Shown here piece by piece: positions 51,195 through 60,365 of a stretch of DNA of 64,000 bases (positions are counted from its first letter, which is position 1; the number at the start of each line of letters is the position of its first letter). Source of the DNA: an uncultured delta proteobacterium (GTDB taxonomy: Bacteria; Desulfobacterota; Desulfuromonadia; Desulfuromonadales; JACZKF01); contig CAWFKQ010000007.1 in assembly GCA_963816395.1 (NCBI GenBank), positions 415,929-479,928 on the forward strand. Direction: 5' to 3'. A program made the translations under genes and the position numbers. The notes beneath the pieces were generated by a model, which had not been told where the DNA came from, did not search any database, and saw only the letters and a list, made by a program, of their open reading frames with translations.

Positions 51195-53108
51195 ATGTCC
51201 GACGAGTCAATCCGCTGCTGCCTTCAGGATAATTTCAACTTTGCCGAATTCCGTCCGGGGCAGGAGGCGGTTATCGACTGCCTGCTGGCCGGGCGTTCGG
51301 CCCTGGCGATCTTTCCCACCGGCGGCGGCAAGAGCCTCTGCTACCAGTTGCCCGCCCTGCTTCTGGACGGCCTGACGCTGGTCATCTCACCGCTCATCGC
51401 CCTGATGAAAGACCAGGTCGACGCGCTGCGGGCGCGCGGCATCATGGCTGCCCGCCTCGATTCGAGCATCGGACCCGCCGAGGCGCAGGCGATCTATCGC
51501 CAACTGGCCGACGGCAGTCTCAAGCTTCTCTACATTGCCCCCGAGCGGCTGGCCAACGAGCGTTTTCTCAATCGCCTGCACGGCCGGCCGATTGCTTTAC
51601 TGGCCATTGATGAAGCCCATTGCATCTCCGAGTGGGGCCACAACTTCCGCCCCGAATATCTGAAGATCGCCCGCCTGGCAAAAGAGCTCAAGGTCGGCAG
51701 GGTTCTGGCCCTGACCGCCACTGCGACCCCGGAGGTCGCCGCCGATATCCGCCGGGCCTTCGACATTGCCGACGGCGACCAGACCCGCACCAGCTTTCAT
51801 CGCCCCAACCTGCACCTCACCGTCTCTCCCTGCCCCGCCCCGGAGCGCCCTCAACTGCTGCTGCAACGCCTTCGCGGAAGCCCCGCCGGACCGACTATCG
51901 TCTACGTCATCCTGCAAAAGACCGCCGAAAAAATCGCCGCCTTCCTCAGCGCCGAGGGGATTGCCGCCCGGGCTTACCACGCCGGGATGAAAAACGAGGA
52001 GCGCACCGCCGTGCAGGAGGCCTTCATGGCCGGCGATTTGCCGGTGGTCGTCGCCACCATCGCCTTCGGCATGGGGATCGACAAGGCCGACATCCGCGCC
52101 ATCTACCATTTCAACCTGCCCAAGACCCTGGAAAATTACATGCAGGAGATCGGGCGCGCCGGCCGCGACGGGAAAGACGCCCATTGCGAAATCCTCGCCT
52201 GCGCCGACGATCTGACGGTCCTGGCCAACTTCAGTTACGGCGACACCCCCGTGCCCGAGGCCCTCGGTGCGTTGGTGGAGCACCTGCTCAGCCAGGGCGA
52301 AAGCTTCGACGTCTCCCATTTCGAGCTGGCCGGGCTTTTCGATATCCGCGCCCTGGTGATCGCCACCGTCTTCACCTATCTGGAGTTGAACGGGATTCTT
52401 CGCGCCACCGGCCCCTTCTACGACAGTTACAAGGTCAAGCTGAACCGCCCCCTGGAGGCGATCTGCGCCGGCTTCGATCCTCCGCGCGCCGCCTTTTTGC
52501 AGGGCCTCATCGCCACCGCCCGACCGGGCCGGCTCTGGTCCCACCTCAACCCCGGGGAAAGCGCCGCCGCCCTGAACCAGCCGCGCGGGCGCGTAACCGC
52601 CGCCATCGGCTATCTGGAGGAAAAAGGCGAACTGACGGTCCAGGCCACCGGTCTGCGCCACGGCTATCGCCTGCAAGGGACTGTCCCCGATCCCCGGGAA
52701 CTCATCGGCGCCCTGCAGAAGACCTTTGCCGAGCGGGAAAATAGGGATATCGCCCGTCTGCGGCGAGTCCTCGCCTATGCCGAGCAAAGCAGCTGTCTGA
52801 CCCGCCATCTGCTGGATTATTTCGGCGAAAAAAATGCTTCCGACTGCAACGACTGCAGCCGGTGCCGAAGCGGAGAGGGGCAACGTCTGCCGCGCACCGC
52901 CCCCCTCGAGCCGGGGGCCGCCGAAGCCGAGATCGCGCGCCGGATTCGGGCCGAGGACCATCAATCCCTCTCCCATCCACGCCAATTGGCCCGCTTCCTT
53001 TGCGGCATCACCAGCCCCGCCGCCACCCGCGCCCAGTTGAATCGTCACACCGATTTCGGTGCGTTAAGTGAATTTCCGTTCCGGAAGATCCTGGAAATGG
53101 TCAGGTAA
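51195..53108 (+). CDS. RecQ-family ATP-dependent DNA helicase
   Basis: PTGGGKSLCYQ, DEAHCISEWGHNFRP, TATAT, AFGMGIDK, QEIGRAGRDG, C-terminal Cys cluster; GGAGG RBS. Confidence 0.95.
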   Translation: MSDESIRCCLQDNFNFAEFRPGQEAVIDCLLAGRSALAIFPTGGGKSLCYQLPALLLDGLTLVISPLIALMKDQVDALRARGIMAARLDSSIGPAEAQAIYRQLADGSLKLLYIAPERLANERFLNRLHGRPIALLAIDEAHCISEWGHNFRPEYLKIARLAKELKVGRVLALTATATPEVAADIRRAFDIADGDQTRTSFHRPNLHLTVSPCPAPERPQLLLQRLRGSPAGPTIVYVILQKTAEKIAAFLSAEGIAARAYHAGMKNEERTAVQEAFMAGDLPVVVATIAFGMGIDKADIRAIYHFNLPKTLENYMQEIGRAGRDGKDAHCEILACADDLTVLANFSYGDTPVPEALGALVEHLLSQGESFDVSHFELAGLFDIRALVIATVFTYLELNGILRATGPFYDSYKVKLNRPLEAICAGFDPPRAAFLQGLIATARPGRLWSHLNPGESAAALNQPRGRVTAAIGYLEEKGELTVQATGLRHGYRLQGTVPDPRELIGALQKTFAERENRDIARLRRVLAYAEQSSCLTRHLLDYFGEKNASDCNDCSRCRSGEGQRLPRTAPLEPGAAEAEIARRIRAEDHQSLSHPRQLARFLCGITSPAATRAQLNRHTDFGALSEFPFRKILEMVR

Positions 53109-53338
53109 ACAAGGGGAGCTGTCTGCCGGTGCCATCGCGGTAGAGAGGCCAGGGAGAGATTGCGAAAGGGAGGTCGGATGATCAACAATGGAGCGGTTGT
53201 CGGAGCGGCATCATGGGAGTGGGGATCGCCCGTGAACCATATCCATCCGATCGATGGCATGGTAATATTTAGCACCCAAACTGCCGTTTTCCCTCTCCGC
53301 CGGCAGCCACATCTATCCATTGAGCAAAGGATCGACCC

Positions 53339-54100
53339 GTGAAAGCTTCCCGCGCCTTTATCGTCTCTCTCAGTCTGCTCCTGGTGCTTCCCTGGGCTGC
53401 TCTCGCCTGCGACGTCGAGAACGGCTACGGCAAGGCGTTTCTCCCCGACGGTTCGCTCTATGAAGGGGAGTTCGCCGCCTGTCTCTTCGAGGGGAAGGGC
53501 AAACTGACCTGGCAGAACGGGTCAACCTTCGAAGGGCTCTTCCACCAGGGTCTGCGCGAGGGGAAGGGCCGCGAGACCAGCACCGGCGGCTGGACCTATA
53601 CGGGGGAGTACCGGGCCGGCCAGCCGAACGGACAGGGGGAAATGGTCTATGCCGACGGCGACGTCTATAAGGGCACCTTTATCGCGGGGCAATTCAGCGG
53701 CCAGGGGAAATATACCGGCGCTTCCGGCGAGACCTATGTCGGGGAGTTCAAAAACGGCGAATACAGTGGCCGGGGGCTCCTGGCCCTGGAGGACGGCTCG
53801 CAGATCGCCGGGGAGTTTCGCGACGGTCAGTGCAACGGCCGGGGGCTGGCCGCCTATGCCAACGGCGACCGCTACCAGGGAAACTTCAAGAACGGGGACT
53901 GGGACGGCATCGGCATGGTGATCTACGCCAGCGGCGACACCTACACCGGGCAGTTCCGCGCGGGGCAGTTCAACGGCACCGGCCGCTACACCAGTGCCGA
54001 CAGCGGCGAAGTGCTGGATGGCGAGTGGAAGGACGGCGAATTCATCGATCTGAAGGAACAGAGCGCTCCGGGGAAGGGACAGCCGCCGTTGCAGATGTAA
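53339..54100 (+). CDS. Exported MORN-repeat protein
   Basis: Signal peptide ending in ALA; about 8 repeats of 23 aa (YxGxFxxGxxxGxG). Confidence 0.88.
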   Translation: MKASRAFIVSLSLLLVLPWAALACDVENGYGKAFLPDGSLYEGEFAACLFEGKGKLTWQNGSTFEGLFHQGLREGKGRETSTGGWTYTGEYRAGQPNGQGEMVYADGDVYKGTFIAGQFSGQGKYTGASGETYVGEFKNGEYSGRGLLALEDGSQIAGEFRDGQCNGRGLAAYANGDRYQGNFKNGDWDGIGMVIYASGDTYTGQFRAGQFNGTGRYTSADSGEVLDGEWKDGEFIDLKEQSAPGKGQPPLQM

Positions 54101-54170
54101 ACCTGGAAGAGGCATTTGAAACGGATCAAATCTGATTCACGCGGATTTTCGCGAATTTAAGGGGGGGGGA

Positions 54171-55049
54171 ATGCTGGCTGTTATGCACCGGAGGGGATAC
54201 TCAGGAATCGCTCTTCTTCACCTTGTCTGCTTTCTTCTGTTCACCTGCTGGCCGTTGCCGGCCGCCCGTGCCGCGACTCCGGAGCCGATGCTCCCGGAGG
54301 TATACAGCGAACAGGTGGATGTCGGCGGCTGGCTCATGAGCGAAAAACTGGACGGGGTACGGGGTTACTGGGACGGCCGCCAGTTGTGGTCGAAACACGG
54401 CAAGGCCTTCCGGCCGCCGGCGGCGTTTGTCCGGAATCTGCCTGATTTCCCTCTGGAAGGGGAACTTTGGGGGGGACGCGGCAGCTATGAACGGACCGTG
54501 GCGACGGTGTTGAAGCAGCAGCCCGGCGAGGGCTGGCTGAAGCTGAAATTCGCTGTTTTCGACGTCCCCGAGGCGGCCGGCGGATTTGTCCGGCGCATCG
54601 AAAAGGCCCGGAAATGGTTTGCCGCCCACCCCTCGGTTTATGCCTTTGTCATTCCCCAGCGGCCGGTCGGTGACCGGGCGCAGCTGCAAGAGGAATTGCG
54701 TCGGGTGGAGAAACTCGGGGGTGAGGGATTGATCGTCAGACGGCCGGATGCTCCCTACGTCGCCGGGCGCACCCCGGATATTCTCAAGGTCAAGGCCTAC
54801 CAGGATGCCGAAGCGGTAGTGCTCGAGCAGCTTCCCGGCCAGGGGAAGAATCGCGGTTCCATGGGGGCCTTGCTGGTCGAACTGCCGGACGGCACGCGGT
54901 TTAAGATCGGCACCGGCTTCAGTGCCGGGGAAAGAAGGCATCCGCCGGCGGTCGGGGCGGTGATCACCTTCAAATATTATGGCACCTACCCTTCCGGCAT
55001 TCCCAAATTCCCCTCATTCCTGCGCCTCAGGCGCGACCTGAGTCTTTAG
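54171..55049 (+). CDS. Minimal ATP-dependent DNA ligase with signal peptide (Lig E type)
   Basis: SEKLDGVRG (motif I), EGELW, FAVFDV, GEGLIVR, LKVK, OB domain with IGTGFS; hydrophobic N-terminus ending in ARA. Confidence 0.9.
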   Translation: MLAVMHRRGYSGIALLHLVCFLLFTCWPLPAARAATPEPMLPEVYSEQVDVGGWLMSEKLDGVRGYWDGRQLWSKHGKAFRPPAAFVRNLPDFPLEGELWGGRGSYERTVATVLKQQPGEGWLKLKFAVFDVPEAAGGFVRRIEKARKWFAAHPSVYAFVIPQRPVGDRAQLQEELRRVEKLGGEGLIVRRPDAPYVAGRTPDILKVKAYQDAEAVVLEQLPGQGKNRGSMGALLVELPDGTRFKIGTGFSAGERRHPPAVGAVITFKYYGTYPSGIPKFPSFLRLRRDLSL

Positions 55050-55103
55050 CTGTCAGCCTGACCGGATGCCGACCGACACCCGCACTCACCGGTGGAGCGG
55101 ATC

Positions 55104-55610
55104 ATGAGAGGGAAAAGAATCCTCGTCGACGATCTCATGCAGCAGGGCTATGTCTACCAGCTCACCGAGCCCATGGGACGCCATTTCCATCCCGATTTCC
55201 AGCCGGAGCTGACGCCGAAGGAGATGCTCGAAATGGGTGTCTTCGGGGGGAAGTACATGACCGACTGCCGGCAGGAGTTCCCGGCCGAGTGGTTTGCGAA
55301 GGCCAGGCTCTGTCACGAGCGCCACGATCCCGATCTCAACTTCTTCGGCGTGAATGCCTCCCAGCCCCTCTCCTACTGGCGAAAGCGGGGGTGGATCTAC
55401 GAGGAGGACCCGCGCGGCTGGTTCCAGTGGTACTGCCGCTACTACCTGGGGCGGCGCTGCCCGGACGACGACCGCCAGATCAGGAGATGGCGGGCGATCA
55501 GAAGGCATATCGGGCAGCTGCGCAAACATTGCCGGGAGGGGGATCTTGCCTGCCGGAGAAGGCAGCGCCAGGCCCTGCTGCATTGGGCCTACGATTCGCG
55601 AAAGCTGTGA
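55104..55610 (+). CDS. Conserved hypothetical Trp/Arg-rich protein
   Basis: LTPKEMLEMGVFGGKY...DPRGWFQWYCRYYLGRR..DD.RQI.RW...RQALLHWAYD; GGAG RBS; codon usage typical of a real gene. Confidence 0.8.
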   Translation: MRGKRILVDDLMQQGYVYQLTEPMGRHFHPDFQPELTPKEMLEMGVFGGKYMTDCRQEFPAEWFAKARLCHERHDPDLNFFGVNASQPLSYWRKRGWIYEEDPRGWFQWYCRYYLGRRCPDDDRQIRRWRAIRRHIGQLRKHCREGDLACRRRQRQALLHWAYDSRKL

Positions 55611-55691
55611 AGCGGAGCTTCTCCCCTGCCCACTCCCACCGTGTCGCCCCGCCCTGCCATTGTGGAGAAACATGCTCCCCAGCCGGCGTTC

Positions 55692-57149
55692 TCACCGATC
55701 GGTTCTCGTCGCTTTTTCCGCGGCGACCGGTGTTTCACTTCCTGTCGGTTCCCCAGTCAGTTTCTCCGCCTCCACCACCCAGCCGCCGCCCATCGCCTTG
55801 TAGAGATTGACATAGGCAACGAACAGCGCGGCGCGGGCCTCGGCGAGATTGAGTTCGGCGGGAAAGAGCTGCTGCTGGGCGCTGAGGACGGTGAGATAGG
55901 GCGCATAACCGCCGTCAAACTGGAGTTTCGCCAGACGCTCGTATTCCTGGCTCGCCCTGACCAGCCGCTGCTGGGACTGAATCTGGTCGACAAGCTTTTC
56001 CCGGCTGATCAGGGCGTTTTCCACGTCGGCGAAGGCGTTCTGGACAGCGGCCAGGTAGCTGATGAGCGCCGCTTGCTGTCCTGCCGTCGCCTGCTGGACC
56101 TGACCCGAGATCGCCCCGGCGGTGAAAATCGGCCCGGTGAACGAGCCGGCGTAGCTCCAGATCCGGGCGGGTCCCTGGAAGAGTTTGGAAAGTTTGGCAC
56201 TCTCGTAACCGTAATCACCGGTCAGGGCAATGGTTGGGAAATAGAGGGCTTTGGCTGCGCCGATCTGGGCGTTGGCGGCGATCAGGTTCTGCTCGGATTC
56301 CAGGAGGTCGGGGCGGCGTTCCAGCAACTGGGCCGGCAGCCCGGCCGGCACGGCCGGAAAAGCCAGCTCGTAAATCGTCTTCCCGCGGGGGATCGGCCCC
56401 GGGTTGCGGCCGAGGAGAATCGACAGGGCATTTTCCAGCTGGACGATCTGCGCTTCGAGCTGCGGGATGGCCGCCGCTGCGGTCTCGTACTGGGTCTGCG
56501 CCTGCTCGACGTTCATCTGGGAGACCTGGCCATGCTTGAACTGCAGCTGGAAGAGCCTGACCGACTCGCCGTAGGCGGCAAGATTGCGTCTGGCAATCGT
56601 CAACTGCTCGTCGAGGCCGCGCAGCTGCAGGTAATCCACCGCCACACCCGCGACCAGGGTCAGAATCACGCCACGGCGCGCCTCCTCGGTGGCGTACAGG
56701 TTCGCCCGCGCCGATTCCGTGAGGCGGCGGATACGCCCCCACAGGTCGATCTCCCAGCTGGCGGCGCCAAACAGCTGGTAATCGTTCTGCGGGTTGGCGA
56801 CGCCTCGCGGAACCGGCACGGCATTCGATTCACTGGCCCGCAGGCGCGCGGCGCTCCCCGCATAGCTCAGCTGGGGAAAAAGCGGGGCGCGAATCTGGGT
56901 GAGGATACCGGCGGCCTGCTCGACATTGGCGGCCGCGATCTGGACGTTCTTGTTGCCGGCGAGGGCCTCGGCGATGAGGCTGTCGAGCACGGGGTCCCGG
57001 AACTGCTGCCACCAGGCGGTATCGACGCTGCCCCGGGCGGCCTGCTCCAGGTTGATGAACGACGGCGGCGCCTCTACCGCAGGACGCTGATAGTCGGGGC
57101 CCAGCATGCAGCCGGCGAGGCAGCTCGCAAGCAGGAGGAGGCGCCGCAT
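55692..57149 (-). CDS. RND efflux outer membrane lipoprotein (NodT/OprM family)
   Basis: Lipobox LAGC, WWQQFRDP, WEIDLWG, LLERRPDL, LYKAMGGGW. Confidence 0.93.
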   Translation of the reverse strand: MRRLLLLASCLAGCMLGPDYQRPAVEAPPSFINLEQAARGSVDTAWWQQFRDPVLDSLIAEALAGNKNVQIAAANVEQAAGILTQIRAPLFPQLSYAGSAARLRASESNAVPVPRGVANPQNDYQLFGAASWEIDLWGRIRRLTESARANLYATEEARRGVILTLVAGVAVDYLQLRGLDEQLTIARRNLAAYGESVRLFQLQFKHGQVSQMNVEQAQTQYETAAAAIPQLEAQIVQLENALSILLGRNPGPIPRGKTIYELAFPAVPAGLPAQLLERRPDLLESEQNLIAANAQIGAAKALYFPTIALTGDYGYESAKLSKLFQGPARIWSYAGSFTGPIFTAGAISGQVQQATAGQQAALISYLAAVQNAFADVENALISREKLVDQIQSQQRLVRASQEYERLAKLQFDGGYAPYLTVLSAQQQLFPAELNLAEARAALFVAYVNLYKAMGGGWVVEAEKLTGEPTGSETPVAAEKATRTDR

Positions 57150-57150
57150 G

Positions 57151-60100
57151 TCAGCCTCCCCCCGCCGGCATCCCTGCCCCACCAGTGCCGGCAGACTCGT
57201 CGGGAGCCGGTTTGGCCGGAGGGGCCGAGCCCTTTTTGCGCTCGGCCAGCCGGGCGAAGATATAGAAGAAGAGCGGCACATAGAGCATGGCCAGGGTGGC
57301 CTCGCCGATCATCCCTCCCATGATGCCGGTGCCGATGGAATGTCGGGCATTGGCGCCGGCGCCGGCGGCGACCGCCAGCGGCAGCACGCCGAAGATGAAG
57401 GCCAGCGAGGTCATGATGATCGGCCGCAGCCGCTCTTCGCCGGCCTGGATGGTCGCGTCCATGAGGGAGAGCCCCTGCCGGCGCAGTTCGACGGCGAAGG
57501 TGACCCGCAGCACCGCATTCTTCGCCCCCAGGCCGATCAGCACCAGCAGGCCGATCTGGAAATAGACATCGTTGTTGAGGCCGCGCAGCCAGTTGAACGC
57601 CAGGGCGCCGAGGATGCCGAAGGGCACCGCCGTCATGACCGCGCCGGGGAGGGTCCACGACTCGAACTGGGCGGCCAGGACGAGGAAGACGATGATGAGG
57701 CCGAAGATAAAGGCGATCGCCGAAGTGCCCCCGGACTTCTTCTCCTCGAAGGCCATCCCCGACCAGGCGAACCCGTACCCCTGCGGGAGCACTTCGGCCG
57801 CCACCTCCTCCATCGCCCCGATCGCCTCGCCGGAGCTGAACCCTTCGGCGGCGCCGCCGGTGACCTGGGCGGCCGGGAAGCCGTTGAAGTGCGGCACCAG
57901 GTCCGGGCCGGCGGCATAACTGGTGGTCACCAGGGCGGAGAGCGGAACCATCTGGCCGTTGTTCGAGCGGGTGTAGAGCCGGGTGAGATCGGCGGGGGTG
58001 CGGCGGTAAGGGGCGGCGGACTGCAGGATGACGTTCCAGACCCGGCTGTACTGGTTGAACTGGCTCACCTGGATCGAACCGAACTGGGCCTGCAGGGCAC
58101 TGTAGACGTCCTCTACCGGGACGCCGAGGAGCACCGCCTTGGAGCGGTCGACTTCAGCCCGCAGCTGCTGCGAGGAGGCGCGGAAGGTCGAGTTCAGACG
58201 GGCGAGTTCGGGGCGCTGACGGGCCGCAGCGAGAAACTTCTGGGTCAGCTCATACAGACGCTCCGGCTCCCCGCCGCCCCGGTCCTGGATCCAGAACTCG
58301 AAGCCACCGGTGGTGCCGATCCCCGGGATCGCCGGTGGCGCGATCGGCAGGAGCCGACCCTCGAGGATCCCCCGCGCTTCGCGCCCCACCCCCCGCAGCA
58401 CGGCGCCGGCATTCTCCGCCCTGGCTTTCTTGAGCGAAGCATAGCGCTCCTTGAAATCCTTGAGCGTTACGAAGAAGGTTGCGGTGTTGGCCTTGTTCTG
58501 GCTGTCCAGCAGGCTGTAGCCGTTGAACGTCGTCCGGTTCGCCACCGCCGGATCGAGGGCGAACAGTTCGTCCACCCGCGCGGCGGTCTGCGCCGTGCGC
58601 TGCAGGCTGGCGGCGTCCGGCATGAAAAGCTGAGCCAGCACGTAACCCTGGTCCTCGTTGGGGACGAAGCTCGTCGGAATCGAACGGAACAGCTGCACGA
58701 GCGCTCCGATCATCACGGCGAGGAGCACGAACGCCACGGCCATCCGCTTGATCATGAGCACCACGGCGTGGCCGAAGGCCGCGGTAAAGCGGTCGAACTG
58801 GCGGTTGAACCAGGCGAAGAAGCCGCGTTCAGGCGGCGGCGTGTGCCGCAGGAGGGCGGCGCACATGGCCGGCGTCAGGGTCAGCGCCACGAAGCCGGAG
58901 AGGGCGACGGAGATGACGATGGTGATGGCGAACTGCTTGTAGAGCTGCCCCGTGGTCCCGGGGAGGAACGCCGCCGGGATGAAGACCGAGGCCATCACCA
59001 GCACCACTGCGATCAACGAGGTGCCGATTTCCCCCATCGCCTTGAGGGTGGCCTCCCGGGGCCCGAGGTTGAACTTGGCCATGTTCCGTTCCACGTTCTC
59101 CACCACCACGATCGCATCGTCGACCACCATGCCGATGGCGAGCACGATGCCGAACAGCGTCAGCAGGTTGATGGAGAACCCCAGCGCGAGCATCCCGGTG
59201 AAGGTGCCGATCAACGCCACGAAGATCGCCACCGTGCAGATGAAGGTGGAGCGGAAGCTTTGCAGGAAGAGAAAAACCACCAGCATGACGAGCACGATCG
59301 CTTCGAACAAGGTGTGGATGACTTCCTCGATGGAGATCCGCACGAAATCGGTGGTGTCCAGGGCGATGAGGTAGTCGATGCCGGCGGGCATCGTCCGTTT
59401 GAGCTCTTCCATAGTCTGGCGGACGGCCCCGGAGACTTCGAGGCCGTTGGCGCCGGGCTGCTGGTACACCATAATGGGGGTCGCCGGTGCGCCGTTCAGC
59501 CGGTTGTCGTCGATATACTGCCGGCGGCCGACCTCGGCGTGCGCCACATCCTTGACCCGGACAATGGCGCTGCCGTCCTGGTTCGCCCGCAGGATGATGT
59601 CCTCATATTGGGCGGGGTCGACGAACGGCGCCTGGGTAACGACGGGAAAAGTCAGCTGCACCTGTTCGTCGCTCGGCTGCTGCCCCACCTGCCCGGCCCC
59701 GAACAGGGCGTTCTGTTTGGCCACCGCATTCTGGATATCGGTGGTCGTGATGCCGAGAGAGGCCATCCGGTCCGGGTCCATCCAGATGCGCATCGCCTGA
59801 TCGGCAACACCGAGGATCTGCGCCTGCCCGGCGCCTTTTACCCGTTTGATCGCATCGAGAACGTAGACATTGGCGTAGTTGCTGACGTACTCCGGGCTGT
59901 ACCGGCCGTCCTTGTTGAATACCGAGATGATCATCAGGACGCTGGATGACTTCTTCTGCACGGAGACGCCGTATTGGGTCACCGCTTCGGGCAACCTCGG
60001 CAGGGCGAGGTTCACCCGGTTCTGCACCTGGACCTGGGCGATGTCGGGGTCGGTAGCGAGGGAGAAATAGACGGTGATGGTCAGCTGGCCGGTGCTGGAG

Positions 60101-60348
60101 CTGGTGGAGGTCATGTAGAGCATGTTGTCGACGCCGTTGATCTCGGCCTCGATGGGCGCCGCCACCGCGTCACCGACGGTTTTCGCGTCGGCGCCGGGAT
60201 AGGTGGTGGTGACCTGGATCTGCACCGGGGTGATTGTCGGGTATTGGGCGACCGGCAGGAGTTTCATCGACACCAGGCCGGCGATGACGATGATGAGGGA
60301 GACGACCGTCGCGAAGATCGGCCTTTCGATGAAGAACCTGGAGAACAT
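57151..60348 (-). CDS. HAE1-family RND efflux permease (AcrB/MexB-like)
   Basis: MFSRFFIERPIFA start with AAGGAGG RBS; VVDDAIVVVEN, AKNA, RLRPIIMTS. Confidence 0.95.
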   Translation of the reverse strand: MFSRFFIERPIFATVVSLIIVIAGLVSMKLLPVAQYPTITPVQIQVTTTYPGADAKTVGDAVAAPIEAEINGVDNMLYMTSTSSSTGQLTITVYFSLATDPDIAQVQVQNRVNLALPRLPEAVTQYGVSVQKKSSSVLMIISVFNKDGRYSPEYVSNYANVYVLDAIKRVKGAGQAQILGVADQAMRIWMDPDRMASLGITTTDIQNAVAKQNALFGAGQVGQQPSDEQVQLTFPVVTQAPFVDPAQYEDIILRANQDGSAIVRVKDVAHAEVGRRQYIDDNRLNGAPATPIMVYQQPGANGLEVSGAVRQTMEELKRTMPAGIDYLIALDTTDFVRISIEEVIHTLFEAIVLVMLVVFLFLQSFRSTFICTVAIFVALIGTFTGMLALGFSINLLTLFGIVLAIGMVVDDAIVVVENVERNMAKFNLGPREATLKAMGEIGTSLIAVVLVMASVFIPAAFLPGTTGQLYKQFAITIVISVALSGFVALTLTPAMCAALLRHTPPPERGFFAWFNRQFDRFTAAFGHAVVLMIKRMAVAFVLLAVMIGALVQLFRSIPTSFVPNEDQGYVLAQLFMPDAASLQRTAQTAARVDELFALDPAVANRTTFNGYSLLDSQNKANTATFFVTLKDFKERYASLKKARAENAGAVLRGVGREARGILEGRLLPIAPPAIPGIGTTGGFEFWIQDRGGGEPERLYELTQKFLAAARQRPELARLNSTFRASSQQLRAEVDRSKAVLLGVPVEDVYSALQAQFGSIQVSQFNQYSRVWNVILQSAAPYRRTPADLTRLYTRSNNGQMVPLSALVTTSYAAGPDLVPHFNGFPAAQVTGGAAEGFSSGEAIGAMEEVAAEVLPQGYGFAWSGMAFEEKKSGGTSAIAFIFGLIIVFLVLAAQFESWTLPGAVMTAVPFGILGALAFNWLRGLNNDVYFQIGLLVLIGLGAKNAVLRVTFAVELRRQGLSLMDATIQAGEERLRPIIMTSLAFIFGVLPLAVAAGAGANARHSIGTGIMGGMIGEATLAMLYVPLFFYIFARLAERKKGSAPPAKPAPDESAGTGGAGMPAGGG

Positions 60349-60365
60349 GGGTCCTCCTTCCCCGG

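Noticed and set aside
53440..54040. 69-nt periodic sequence suggesting a CRISPR or DNA repeat
   Set aside because: The periodicity comes from protein-level MORN repeats; there are no identical DNA repeats with unique spacers.
48050..55620. Integron cassette array (co-oriented short genes with TA modules)
   Set aside because: No integrase and no repeated attC-like RYYYAAC...GTTRRRY palindromes between the genes.
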